Below are positions 1 to 11,807 of a stretch of 64,000 nucleotides of DNA, one piece after another. Each line of letters begins with the position of its first letter. Position 1 is the first letter of the stretch. Under the pieces are notes generated by a model. The model did no database searches and had not been told where the DNA came from. It worked only from the letters and a program-made list of their open reading frames with translations. The DNA comes from Eukaryota sp. TZLM1-RC. Lineage: Eukaryota > Protista > Metamonada: BaSk clade. The translations under genes were made by a program, and so were the position numbers. The DNA lies in NCBI GenBank assembly GCA_040285825.1, contig JAUPSS010000001.1:62001-126000 (forward strand), read 5' to 3'.

Positions 1-2800
1 GTTAAGTCAGATTACGAACATCTCGGATAGCGGTGGAACGCGTTAAGATTCTGCCAATGTTGATCATAAAGTCAATCCATCTGTTACCATAATCTCTCTC
101 TGTCCAGTCCATGTTTACTGCATGAAGTGCATCCAGGGCTTGATCCAGTCTACTGAATTGGGTTCTCCTTAGGATCTGTTTCCAAATATTGCGTTCGTCT
201 CTGCTGGTTGGGACCATAGCAGAGGATATTGAAAGGCCAGTGCCTTGATACCTTAAAGCGTTGAGAGCTTCAGGTGTTACACATTAAGCTAAACCTCTGG
301 GATGAATGTGCATGGCGGATCTGAAAAAATCCCATTCATGAACTGGTTCGCTGTTGAACCGTTGTTCAGATGCCAATTCTGCTGATCTAGCTAATTCAAG
401 TTCTTCGCGAAGTCTGGCAACTTCGCTAGCCAAAGCAACTGGGGCAGGGTCCTCAACTCGAGCCTCGTCGACAATTCTACCCGTGCGACTCCAGAGAATG
501 AATTTGTTAACAAACTTTAGGAGTTTTTCAACGTCTCTTAAGTCTGCTGCGTCGAGAGTAGGACGTTTAGGGCGGTCCTTACGTCTATTGTCCCTATCTC
601 TTGATCCCACCATGCAAGATGAAATGAGGTTACTATCATAAGTACCCGAGAAAGTAGAGCGAGAAGAATTTACCGTGGAAGGTGTTGGTTAAACCGTGGG
701 CTGTGAACTTGTTGAACTAGTGGTTGGATGTGTGGGTGGAACCATTGATTGTTCCATGGACTGCGTAGGTGCTGAAGTTTGTTGCATTGGTACTAGCACA
801 GTTGGAATTGAGTCTGGAGTTGGGAACTCATCACTGACGTCTACTACAACATTCTCTTCAGTTTGTTCCATGAAAGAATTGTGCGAGGGCTGCGTTGAGG
901 GTTCTGTAGAAGTTTCCATAGGTTGTTTTGCGGAAAAAGCAACTTCGCTTTGGTGAGGTTCAGGAGAAGGTTCATTTTCTTCAATCTGAGCGGGAAACTG
1001 ATATGAAGAGATTGCTGGTTGAATCAAGCGTGTCTTTTCAATGCGACCTTCTACCATGACCCATTTTAACATCCGGGATTCTATGCAACCAGGGAAAACA
1101 ATGACGAGCTGGAGAACTCTTTGGAGATTACCAGATCTTCTGTGGTCAGGACCACAATATGAAGCTATATGGTCAGGACGTCTGTCGTAAAGAAAGAGTC
1201 TTTCACCATATGGTTTACCGAAACCACCACCCTGTTCTATAATCTCTGTCGACAAGGATATCGAGAGATGCATTGTACCCAGGGCTGAACCGAGAGTAGG
1301 GACAAGGGTTATAGGCATTTATGAAGAAGTTATCTTCATCTCCAGCGAAGCGTCTGAGCACTCCCTCTCGTGTTGTTCTCATGAACCTTACTCCGGGTCT
1401 GGGGTCATGAGTAGGTTCAGAATCATGTCTAGTGTTCTTTGGAGTAATTCTTTCATTGGAGAGGCATGGACCTATCCTTGGTGTGATCCATAATCCTAGT
1501 CCATTTTCGACTCTAGGACCGAAGAAAAGAAGACGCCCATTGCTCATCTCCGTAGGAGGGATGGCTTAGGGGTCTTCAGGAATTATTTGGGAATCCCTAT
1601 ATCGGGCATAAGGATTGTGCTGACGGGAAGCGTCGTGATTATGAACACTAGAGCTAGCGTGGGAGCTAGGGTTGATAGGTGTCCGTTTGGAAGAGGATGG
1701 TCCTCTCCTTGGAGGCTGAATCGGCCGGTCAAGTCTTCTTTTGAAATCCCACATCCATTCTTCGAAATGATGGCGGTCTAGATATCGTTTAGAAACCTCA
1801 CCAGTTTCTCTATCTATTTCAGGAGATTGAGCCATGGACGGAACCGAGGGTTAATTCGTAGATGAAGATTCCATGGGAGGTTCTTCATAATCAACCAGAT
1901 CTGAGAAGATCTGCTCATATCTCTTCCTTTGTTCTTCAGACAGATATGAAAGAAGATTTGGGGTGAAAAGAGCGGGATCATTAGCATGAGGTGGCAAGAC
2001 CGTTAGATTATTAACTCCGCTTACTGTGGTTAAAGTAAGGGGAGATCCCGAAGCTGGAACAGCAGGATTTTGACTTACTCTTCTTACAGTTGGAACTGAA
2101 AGAGGTTGATGGGAGGATGGAATCTCAGACACAGGTTTAGGAGATGACGTTGGGACCTCAGTGTCCCAACGTCTTCAGTGTTTGGACTCGAGATCCTTCT
2201 ATGGTATTTTGAGAAGATTAAACCGTCTCTCCCCTTTGAATAGAAGGTGACGGTGGTACTTTAGAGCTTCTCTGAGGAAGGGGAAAAGATGGGACTTCAG
2301 ATTCCCTAAGTGAAGAAGACTGAGGAGCTTCCGAATCCTCAGCATCTTCGTCGTCATAGGAGACCAACGAAGGACTTCTTCCTTCCGGAGGAATAGAATT
2401 CTTGGGAGGGATGTTGCCTTCCACATTAACAGTCTGCTGAGAAGGGGAGCTTCCTTCCATAGGAATGGAATCCTCTGGAGAAGAGCTATCTTTCTTAGGG
2501 GTAGAACCCTCAGGAAGAGGATCTTCAGGAAGCGCAGAAGCTTCTACTGAAGGAGAGGGCACGGTAGTGTGGTCTGCGGTTAGTAGAGAAGAAGAGGGAC
2601 CAGTCTTTTCTTCTGGGATCCTGCGTTGAGCCTCTGATGATAAAATACGTATTGATGGTCTTTGCTCGTTAGATTGCGACATACAATGTAAATGTAATGA
2701 GATTTATTACGAAGAGGAGTTGTATTCTCTCTTCTTATACTGATAGGCGGAATACTAATACACTATATAATTAAACTATAAATACTATTCAAGACTAACA
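1..2800 (-). mobile_element. Probable LTR retrotransposon 5' part (short LTR plus decayed Pro/Ser-rich gag-like region), truncated by the window edge
   Basis: Seven co-oriented broken ORFs (2682 to 2) in DNA more GC-rich than the flanks, starting 4 nt after a 114-bp TG...CA repeat that recurs at 59859. No pol motifs are in the window, so the gag call is inference. Confidence 0.5.
2687..2800 (-). repeat. 114-bp LTR-like repeat, copy 1
   Basis: Minus strand reads TGTTAGTCTTG...ATTACATTTACA; near-identical to 59859-59972 (+). Confidence 0.75.
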
Positions 2801-3734
2801 AATATGAAATTAGTCAAAATCAATCTCTGTAAGGAAGCCAGTTGACTAACATTACAAGTGTCTTCAATGCAGTTTCAATTGGAGTTCTTTAAGTTCAAAA
2901 ATCTTCTGTTCATTACACTTTAGAAGTTCATGTATATGAGGAGTAGGTTAGACTGGAGTAGATTTAGATTAGATTGAGTTGATTCGTAGAGAGTGAACAA
3001 ACGATACCAGAGGTGTAAGGGTGTATATTGATAACTGATGGTATTACAAGTGAAAACAGGAGGAACATCTTCTATGGAGAAAAAATGAGTAGAAAGAGGG
3101 TGAAGAGGGCGAAGTAGAGAGACAAGGTAATAATAAGTATTCAGATGTCTAGTTTCAAAACAAGAACTGCAGCTGAAAGGGGTGACACAGCAGAAGTTGT
3201 TGGCACAGCTTGGGATGGACGATCTGCAATAGGCTCGAGTTTAGACTCAAGAATAGCCAGTACTGTCTCTAACAGACTGTCTTTTGTTAGTCTATTTTAT
3301 GGGATTCAATGTTTTATAGTCAATGTGTGAGCGCACTAAACGAAACCTATAATCACTATAATAGAAAAGCCAACAATTCCACAAAGATTTATGGCGAACT
3401 CAGATGTATTTAAACGAGGAGCACCAGGTACCTCGTCAAAGACGGAAAAAAATGGGAAGGAAGAAACGGGTGTTGTAACTTTCCTTGGTAACGTGTTCGT
3501 ACTGAATAAAGGAATTAAAATATGAAACTTTACGAATTTTTTGAATTTACAAACACCCTTGATTAAACGAGCAACTGCTTTGACTAACAACAATTTTGTC
3601 AAATTTTGCATCAGTTTACTATTTTTAGGAGAGAAAACGCTTAAAGCATGTACAGTATCTATTATAAATGTGTCTATTATCAGTTTGTGCATCTTTCATT
3701 GTTTTGTGGATGTAAGGAGTTGAAAATACACCAA

Positions 3735-5640
3735 ATGTTTAAAGTAACTGAAACTGGGAAATCAATCATTTTTGATTGTCTGCACCTTCCGTTTTCAGTA
3801 AGAACTATGCAGTCATGGACACGTGCCTGCTTCCTTCATCAGGTCCTTGAGCGGCCAGTTTGTGATTACATTGATGGACAGCTGACCAAGGTGACCACCA
3901 CGGCTCACCTCGGCAGTTTGCTGGCCAGAGTTTTTGCTGTGCGCTTCCCTCATGACATTCATTTCCTGACTCAGCATCAATTCTGGATCCAGTGTCTTGA
4001 CTTTGTGGCAGTCTCCAAGCCAAAAGTCAGACATCCATTCAACAGACCTTGCCAATGCCATGTGTATGAGAAGCTCGAGCGAATCTCTACATCATGGCCG
4101 TTTGCTGTCTTGTTCTTGTTAACAACAGGTCGTAATCATGCACTACCCACTAGTAGGCCTCTACAACAACTAGTGGATGCAAAATGCCGCCAGCTGCAAG
4201 GCAACTACCAGCAGCTCCTGACTGATGGTCTTGTGTCGTGGAAACTTAACTTCTTCTGCTCATATGCAGTAGGTTATAACTGCCCTGCACCAGCCACTTA
4301 TGGTGGCTCTGTTCTTCACAACAGCACGAACTTTCGTGAACCTCTTCTTTCTTGGTTCAACACACACCATACCATGGGTCTCACTCTATTTAAATTCTTG
4401 GTTGGTGATCTTCAAAGGGACAACACTCTTCTTTCTTCTCGAAGAGTGACTCTTAATCAAGAGAACAGTACCTACATCTTTCGTTGCGGCTTAACAATCC
4501 AAAACCACCTGAAGCAAGCCTTTCCACATACCTGTAAACGACATAGACTCACTCCCATCGCTAGTTTGAAGCCTGCTTTTGTCCCCTTTTTCCACATGGG
4601 TTCTCAGCCATTTTATCTCCAAAAACACATCACAATTTTGAAAAACCCTTATTTATTGTTTAAAACAAAAGCTAATGACTACACCATGTCTTCTAATGGT
4701 GATAGTGTCCGTATAACTTTCAAACCGCACCCCAAAGCAACACGAGTGAGATTGTGAGAAGAAGCCTTGGCTGATAAGAGATCCAGAGGGGAACTTGACT
4801 ACTACGAAACCCCTTGGAATAGAAAACATACCCTGCAAGCCAAGGTTGAACGGCCAAGACCTCGCCAGAAACCAAAAGCTACTGAGTGGCAAACACCTGA
4901 TGACGAAACGGAAATGGTGTTCTGGGCCATCGACCCCCCAACCATTCAAATCTATGTGGTTCCAGCATTGGAACACGTTCAGGGCCGACCGTATCCAATA
5001 TCTTTTTGGCACCAAAGCAACGAAAAATCAATCACTCCGCTTCACTGACCAACTCATCAATAGATGTTTATGACGAGCAGAAATTGAACCATTCTCTGCT
5101 TGAAATATCAACTATCGGTGACTATAAGGACTATGAAGGTAATAACATAAGACGATCATTGCTAAAGCAGCAATTATATCTGAGTGCTCGAAAAGCATTG
5201 AGGAGAAACACATTTGACTTCTTTATAAGAAAACAGAAAAGATTCAGCTCCATTATCAACAAAGTGAAAAAATTTGCAAACGGTCGAGAAGTAGAGGTGT
5301 GGTTTGACAATGGAGGTGGTGGTACATCACGTCAAAAAGTGAAAATACCACGTAAGACGTTTCTCAAGTTGTTACAATGTTCATTTGCTAATATGAAGAT
5401 CGGAGATGAACATATGACATCTGCAAAGGTGAACTGCTGCAAGATGCTACACCAAAAGATCTATAAAGAAGTTGATGGTGAAGTTAAAGTTCACAACGCC
5501 TAATTCAGTTGTCCGGAATGAAATCAAGTATGGTCTAGAGACATTTCTGCATCACTAAATCAGCTAGAAATTGCAATAGTGAGCACTACTATGGAACAAG
5601 ACCAGAAGCGTTCCAGAGACCACAAAGAAACTAGCTTCAA
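3735..5640 (+). pseudogene. Fanzor (eukaryotic TnpB-like RNA-guided nuclease) pseudogene F1, near full length
   Basis: ORFs 3648-4757 and 4767-5048 are in one frame split by one TGA, then frameshift to 5006-5503. Motifs in order: YTMSSNGDSV (TDG-like), RuvC-I FWAIDP, FIRKQK helix, VWFDNGG, RuvC-II GDEHMTS..CC, and past stops FSCPE*..WSRDISASLN (Zn finger/RuvC-III). Confidence 0.85.
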
Positions 5641-5675
5641 AGCTACGTATTGTTTTAGAGGAGAAATGGGCTCAC

Positions 5676-5789
5676 TGAGATTGGTGGCCAATTATTCGAG
5701 GATTCTAGAACGTCTGTGGACGATCTCACCAAGAATGAAAGTTCTTGGAATAAGTTTGAATGATGCTTGACGAAAGTATGCATTTCAAA
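5676..5789 (+). ncRNA. Candidate Fanzor omega-RNA scaffold
   Basis: Stem TGAGATTG/CGATCTCA (5676-5728), hairpin CCAAGAAT-GAAA-GTTCTTGG (5729-5748) and hairpin TTTGAA..ATGC..AC-GAAA-GT..GCAT.TTCAAA (5755-5789), directly 3' of the Fanzor RuvC-III. Confidence 0.55.
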
Positions 5790-5827
5790 TGAAAACTACA
5801 GAATAGTAATTAGTTCCAAACAAACCA

Positions 5828-5884
5828 TCCAGTAATCTCAACGGATTACTACTATTTGACCTTTCTGTGCTATTAGCCGATGTC
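5828..5884 (+). promoter_or_regulatory. 57-nt element ending in the UTP4 start codon, shared with REI1
   Basis: 52/57 identical to 27400-27456; contains hairpin AGTAATC-TCAACG-GATTACT. Confidence 0.7.
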
Positions 5885-8063
5885 AACTGCAACTACTAAC
5901 ATATGTCGTTTCCTCAAATGGGCCCCTTCTGCAGTTTCTATTACTTGCTTCTCCCCTGATGGCTATCAACTTGCAGTACTTCGTGATTCTGGCCAAATTG
6001 AAATATGGCTACCTCAACAAGGCTGGTGTTACTCACATTCTCTTATCTCCCCAGATGTTCGTGTTTCTGCGATGACCTTCGTCAACCGTGATTCAGCTTC
6101 CCCAGTACTGGTGGTTGGAACTCTCGCAGGCACCATTCATGTTTATGACGATCGATGCAGACCATCTACCCCCGCAACATCATATGGTGGTGCTGTCTGG
6201 TCCCTTCTCCCCCACCCTTCTCAATGTAATTCCTTCCTCGTGGGGTGTGATGATGGTTGTATAAGAATCTACTCCCTCCCAGAAGACCTTGCTATAGTAT
6301 CTCCCGACTCCCAGCTGGAACCTCAGTTTTGTCGGGCATTGGAAAGAGGGGAAGGGAAGGTTTTGGCTCTAACTGGTTACCCTGGCAGTGATGTAATTGC
6401 GTCTGGTGACTCAAATGGGGTAGTCCGGTCGTTTTCCCTGCACACCAATAAGATTACGTCATCCATCACGTCATCAAAGGGTCAAAATGAGGATCATAAT
6501 TTAATTCGATCTCTAAGTCTTTTGAATTCAAATACCTTAGTAGTCGGAGATTCATTTGGTTTTGTTTATCTTTACACATTATCTAATGAAATTCTTTCAC
6601 TTGGCAGTTTTAAAATTTCGGAAAGTCCTGTCGTTTCAATCAGATCAACCTCATCGATTGTGATTGCTGCCTGTCTCAATGGTCAAGTTGCCTTTATCGA
6701 ACAAGCAAATGATGGATTTTCGATTATCTCAATTGAAAGACCTTTATTTCACGACTGCTATTCGTTAGATCTTTCCCAATGTGGAAGGTATTATTGCCTG
6801 GGTAGCTTTGATGGATCAGTTCTGATTGGTCGTGTTCAAAATGCAGTTTTTCGATCCTCTAGTCTCATTACTCTAAATTATTACTCCAGTTTTCCATCGC
6901 CAGTTATAACACAAACTTCATCTTTATTTTCAAAGGTTTTTCACTATTCCCCAATTGATCATTCAATTTATCTCTATTCGTTAACTGATAATAGTGAAAT
7001 CAGCTTAGAATTGAAATGGAAATTGCCAAAGTTGTTACAATTCACACACTTCAAGGTCTCAGATAACTTGCTCTATATTTGTTTATATTCCCCAATCAAT
7101 TGCTCTATTTATGATCTCTCTGACATATCCAATCCAACCCCAATCAATCTTCCCAGTCAAGTTTCTGATGGTGCTCTTTATTTTGATTTTGTGGGCACCT
7201 CTGAAATAATTTCATTTTCTCCAAAATTTTCAAAATTAATCAAGTATTCATTAGAATCTGAAATTCTTTATGAAAGACCAATTAAACTGCAACTTCCAAT
7301 CACTCGAAGTTTGATTAGCTCTGATTACACTTTCCTGATTTTAGCTTCCGGTTGTGAAGTTTCTGTTATCAATATAGATAATTTGTCTCATTTTGGCTCT
7401 GTTATTGTTGTTGATCAAGACCAATCCAAAGATCTTTTAACCCCTAAAGATTTTCCAATAGCAACAGCATTAACATGGAAGAGTTCTAATTCTGTGTTTA
7501 TAAGTTTAAGTAATAATTCCATAGTGGAATTTTATTTAGAATCTTTGAAAATTGATTCAACAATTACTAGGAAACTTTTGGTGAATTTACCTTCAGAATT
7601 GACCATAAGCTCAGTCAAGGGTTTTCATATCAAGTCTCTACAAGTCTTTAATCAAAACTATTTGATTTTGACCTTGCCGGATCAAATCTTGATTGTCGAC
7701 ACGTTAAATCTGTCTAGTAATCCAGGCTCAAATGTTGAAATCTGTGTCACTGAAAACAATGTTAATTTTGATAATATCGCACCTTATATAAGAATTTTAA
7801 AACAAAGATTACATAATTCACCTTCTTTATTAATGAATTTGAGACTATCACGCATCATCAATCAAGTAAAACAACAAGTCTCAAAATCCAATAGAATCAC
7901 AAAGACTTCTAATAGAATTTTTACTATTCAAAATTTATCAAACGTTTTTTGTAGTAGTGTTCTTTTTGACCAGCTATTTATCTTTGAATTAGATTCAAAA
8001 GATGTTTTTAATAGAATATGCCAGGAATCTCTTCCAATATTTAGAAAAAGTTATGGAATTTAG
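5880..8063 (+). CDS. UTP4: U3 snoRNP WD40 protein Utp4/cirhin
   Basis: 727 aa; N-terminal ICRFLKWAP..ITC, LAVLRDSGQIEIW, GGAVWSL, VGCDDG WD40 repeats; C-terminal PIFRKSYG typical of Utp4. Confidence 0.8.
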   Translation: MSTATTNICRFLKWAPSAVSITCFSPDGYQLAVLRDSGQIEIWLPQQGWCYSHSLISPDVRVSAMTFVNRDSASPVLVVGTLAGTIHVYDDRCRPSTPATSYGGAVWSLLPHPSQCNSFLVGCDDGCIRIYSLPEDLAIVSPDSQLEPQFCRALERGEGKVLALTGYPGSDVIASGDSNGVVRSFSLHTNKITSSITSSKGQNEDHNLIRSLSLLNSNTLVVGDSFGFVYLYTLSNEILSLGSFKISESPVVSIRSTSSIVIAACLNGQVAFIEQANDGFSIISIERPLFHDCYSLDLSQCGRYYCLGSFDGSVLIGRVQNAVFRSSSLITLNYYSSFPSPVITQTSSLFSKVFHYSPIDHSIYLYSLTDNSEISLELKWKLPKLLQFTHFKVSDNLLYICLYSPINCSIYDLSDISNPTPINLPSQVSDGALYFDFVGTSEIISFSPKFSKLIKYSLESEILYERPIKLQLPITRSLISSDYTFLILASGCEVSVINIDNLSHFGSVIVVDQDQSKDLLTPKDFPIATALTWKSSNSVFISLSNNSIVEFYLESLKIDSTITRKLLVNLPSELTISSVKGFHIKSLQVFNQNYLILTLPDQILIVDTLNLSSNPGSNVEICVTENNVNFDNIAPYIRILKQRLHNSPSLLMNLRLSRIINQVKQQVSKSNRITKTSNRIFTIQNLSNVFCSSVLFDQLFIFELDSKDVFNRICQESLPIFRKSYGI

Positions 8064-8150
8064 TTTTTTAGTTAATTAGTTATTAAATTAGTATTTTATC
8101 GTTTAAATAAATGAAAGCTATATAATTAAGACTAAAACTAAAAAACTATT

Positions 8151-10106
8151 CTATGGGACATAAACTTTAACATTGCCATCAGCATAGCCAACAACGATCC
8201 AAGGCTGATTGTTAATAAAATTGATTGAGCGTACAATTGAATTAGAACGAAGGATTTTGACAGGAACAATTAAAGGATTCTCATACAAATTGTCAAAAAC
8301 TTTACCATAGAAAACATGGACATTTCCATCTGCTGAACCACTTGCAAATAAAGGAAATTTGACATTGAAATCCACAACTTTTGCAGCCTTTGAATGATAA
8401 GAAAGTATTTTAAATGGTTTTGATCCAAAATCTAAATCAAACCAAATCACTTTTCTATCATTTGTTGATACAATCAAATGATTGCCTGAAGAATGGATAG
8501 CCATATTAGAAATTGTATTAGAACCGGGCAACAATTTTCTTGATTGATTGCTTCCAATCAAATCAAAAATCCTGACACTTGAACATGTTGCCAAAAACAG
8601 TAACGGTTTGATTGGATGAAATCGACAATTGACTATGCGTGACCCCAAGCTCTTAAATGGCCTGATTGATTGAGATTTTGATAGTCTATGGATGAGTAAA
8701 CAACTGTTGGAAACTGCAACTAGATAGTCACCCTTCGAATGGGAGTCAATTGATTCAATTGGCTCCTCATTATGATGTTTGATACAAATGCCAGATCTAA
8801 TCAAATCACTTTTGGTGACGTCATAGTCGTTGGTGGTCAAGATTCGCCACGTAGAATGTTCTAACGATGACTCGACACAAGGGAGATTTGAATTACTAAT
8901 AGAGAGAGCTAAATCAAGAACAATAACGAAATTTCCACAACAAATAGATAATAAATTTGAATTACATTGGTTAACCCATTTCAAATCATTAATAGCTCCT
9001 TGAACAAAACTGAAGGAAATTTTGCCTACAACTCTTCCAGTAGAAATTTCAATGATAAACACCCTGCCATTACTCAATCCCACTGCCGCATAAATTCCAT
9101 CAAAATCACAATCAACTGCCTTAACACCATCTTCACAGTCAATTTCAACAAGGACCCTAGTTGGAAAAGGCCTCAAATCCTTGGTAGGTGGTAGTTTTGG
9201 AAGCAAAGTACTAGGATCAATTTGCTTTTTCTTATAGGTTCTAGGGCAAAGGTACATATCCATACATCTTTCGAATGATTCTTCTACTAATGGTTGATAG
9301 TAGGGCACTAATCTCAAGGCAGAATATTGTCTTGGAATGAACGATATTGGTCTTTTTTCAAGATCCAACATTGCCCATTGAGAAAGTTCTTCCTCCGTTG
9401 GAATGTATTCTTGAGGGGGGTGATAACTTTCGTAATGACTGGGTGGTGATGGTTTTGGGGGTGGAATGTACTGTGATCTTTTGCTGACGTCGCCAATCAC
9501 ATGACCAGAATCATCCCAAAGAAGATAGGGTTCATTTGAAGAAGTGTTGGAGGGAGTGTGAAAAACCCCCTGTTGAATGGCTTTAACGTACCTCAACACC
9601 TTCTTGGCATCTCCTCTCGAGGGAATGAAAGCTGTTTTTGACGGAGGGCCCTGCTTGATGGGCATCGTGAGTTTGGCACTGGAAAAGTAAGGAATGTAAT
9701 CAGGAAATGCATTGAATGAGCTGTGTGGGAAGCGTGCAGATTGAATGTTCTTGACTACTTCCATTTGCTGAGGTGTAAACTCCACAGATTCATGATGAAG
9801 GTCATCCCAGACTGTACGTAGCCCCTTTCCAGTCTGCAGATCAAGGAACTGTTGAACAGCGTCAGGTTTTGCAGGTCGAGGAATAGGTTTACCGTCCTTT
9901 GTGTATCCAATGTGATCGTGTTCACCATACCACTCAAGAGGAATGTTACCAACCATATTGCGAACTCCGTCGTCCTCTGAATCAGAAGCCTCTGAGGTTG
10001 TATTAAGAACATTGTGATCGGATTGCTCATCCTCAGATGAACCTTCTATTATTTCTTCTTCAGTAGAAAGAACAACTTCAGACTGTTGAGGAGGTGGGGG
10101 TAACAT
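8151..10106 (-). CDS. BOP1: Ribosome biogenesis protein Bop1/Erb1
   Basis: BOP1NT motifs GNIPLEWY, HIGY, HYESYHPPQEY, ERCMDMYLCPR, DLRPFPT, C-terminal WD40 and ENPLIVPVK; first ATG at 10106. Confidence 0.95.
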   Translation of the reverse strand: MLPPPPQQSEVVLSTEEEIIEGSSEDEQSDHNVLNTTSEASDSEDDGVRNMVGNIPLEWYGEHDHIGYTKDGKPIPRPAKPDAVQQFLDLQTGKGLRTVWDDLHHESVEFTPQQMEVVKNIQSARFPHSSFNAFPDYIPYFSSAKLTMPIKQGPPSKTAFIPSRGDAKKVLRYVKAIQQGVFHTPSNTSSNEPYLLWDDSGHVIGDVSKRSQYIPPPKPSPPSHYESYHPPQEYIPTEEELSQWAMLDLEKRPISFIPRQYSALRLVPYYQPLVEESFERCMDMYLCPRTYKKKQIDPSTLLPKLPPTKDLRPFPTRVLVEIDCEDGVKAVDCDFDGIYAAVGLSNGRVFIIEISTGRVVGKISFSFVQGAINDLKWVNQCNSNLLSICCGNFVIVLDLALSISNSNLPCVESSLEHSTWRILTTNDYDVTKSDLIRSGICIKHHNEEPIESIDSHSKGDYLVAVSNSCLLIHRLSKSQSIRPFKSLGSRIVNCRFHPIKPLLFLATCSSVRIFDLIGSNQSRKLLPGSNTISNMAIHSSGNHLIVSTNDRKVIWFDLDFGSKPFKILSYHSKAAKVVDFNVKFPLFASGSADGNVHVFYGKVFDNLYENPLIVPVKILRSNSIVRSINFINNQPWIVVGYADGNVKVYVP

Positions 10107-10439
10107 GGAAGTAATGGTCAATGTGGTAAGAAAAGTTTTTGTAGCTGAATTAAATTTGTGAATAATCACAAACTATATGGATGACAATTCAATAATTGGT
10201 CCAATTGGTTCAATGAGAAAAAATGCTAAAGCCTTCAACAGTAATATTATCAAATTGGTCTTTCTTTAAATATTTCCAAATGTTTGTTGATTGGTAGGGA
10301 GCCTGTTGAACTTGTTATTGTTGATCAAATTGTTCCTTTCATCAACTATTTTGAATCAGGATTTCGATTTTTAGATTTGCTGTTCAGGTAATTTTGATGA
10401 AATTCGAAATCACCTTTCATCTTTTATTAAAATAATATT

Positions 10440-10890
10440 TAGTTATTAAAGACTTATAAATCAACATCTAAAAAATCCATCTCTCCCAAAACAAAACAAC
10501 AAGATGCAACTCTCTCGAGATCCAAGAGAAAGCAAAGCATCAGAAACCATTTTCTTCATCCCCTTAAAAATAGAAAACACAATTCCATTTTGCCAAAACA
10601 ATCTGTTGAAATTTCTGTAGTTCTTCTCTTTACAATCGTTTCAAAATCAGCCAAAAAACGTATGGCCGTGGCAGCAAGTGAATCAAATAGAGAAAATACA
10701 AATGGATACAAATTGTATTTTGCATGCTGTTGGCTGGACAATTTGGACAAATGTTCATTGTATATTTTGATTTTGAAATTTTCAGCATTTGAAAGAGGAT
10801 TATGAGCTTCAGAATTAGCAAGCCTTTCATTTGGGGCATCACCAGGATCAAGACTTTACATCCAATCAAATGAAGGTTCCATCTAATCTA
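10440..10890 (-). mobile_element. CRE-like non-LTR retrotransposon 3' fragment (family C)
   Basis: Homologous to 31183-31630 (HAKYNLYPFVFSLF...). Confidence 0.85.
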
Positions 10891-11807
10891 GGTATGACTT
10901 TGGTGGTGCTGGACAACAAATATTGTAGCTTCTTTGGTGGTACCAGATTTTTAGACCAAATATTTGAGAAATATCACGCCTGGGCTGATTGGAAAAATGT
11001 TTGTTTGAGTTTAAAAAAGTTACCCAACTTATCGACATGCTCAATATTGTTTGTCAGGTTTCTGTTGCTGACATTTTAAACTTTTTAAGAAAACTTTACC
11101 TTTAAGTAACGTAATTGTGGGTAAACCAATGAACTAACTATTCATTTTGATTAAACCAAGCTTCCAAGAAAAATCAATGAAGTGTTGTAAACAACCATAT
11201 AGTAAAGTTATTAGCAGACCTGAACAAGAATTGGTTGAGTATTTCGAATACTCAAAGACGACACAAAAGATGATGAACACAGACATGAAAATTGATGATT
11301 CTCAATAGAAGTTCTATTTAGGGCCGCAAAATCTTGATATTCACTTTAGCTAATTCCAAATACTCCATCAGACCAAGATCACATTTTGAAAACAAATGCA
11401 ACAATTCATCAGGATAATCATGATGATTGGTATAATTTTATTATAATAATAGTGATGTGACACTGTGGAAACAAACAATTAACTAATAGTGGAGAGCAGT
11501 GTTTATTAATCAATCAAAAGCTTTGGGGAAACAAGATATCTTAAAATGGCACGGGATTCAATCACAGAATAATGAATAACACACTAAAGCAAGATTCACA
11601 TTTGTGATAACACTTTGCGGATTCAAAGTTGTGACAAGTGCAACTGAGTTATCAAAAACAAGAAATGTCGTTGAATAATCACTTGAAAGACCTTAATCAA
11701 GGCATCAAGAATTGAAGTATTGAACTAGAAAACATAACAATTTATTTTACAAACTTATATACAAAAACCTTTAACAACAACAAATCTTCCAAAAGTTATT
11801 CATTACA

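Noticed and set aside
5836-5846. CTCAACGGAT resembles the 5' end of 5.8S rRNA
   Set aside because: The match is too short and is altered in the second copy.
11235-11255. Perfect hairpin TTGAGTATT-TCG-AATACTCAA
   Set aside because: Isolated 9-bp AT-rich stem with no supporting context.
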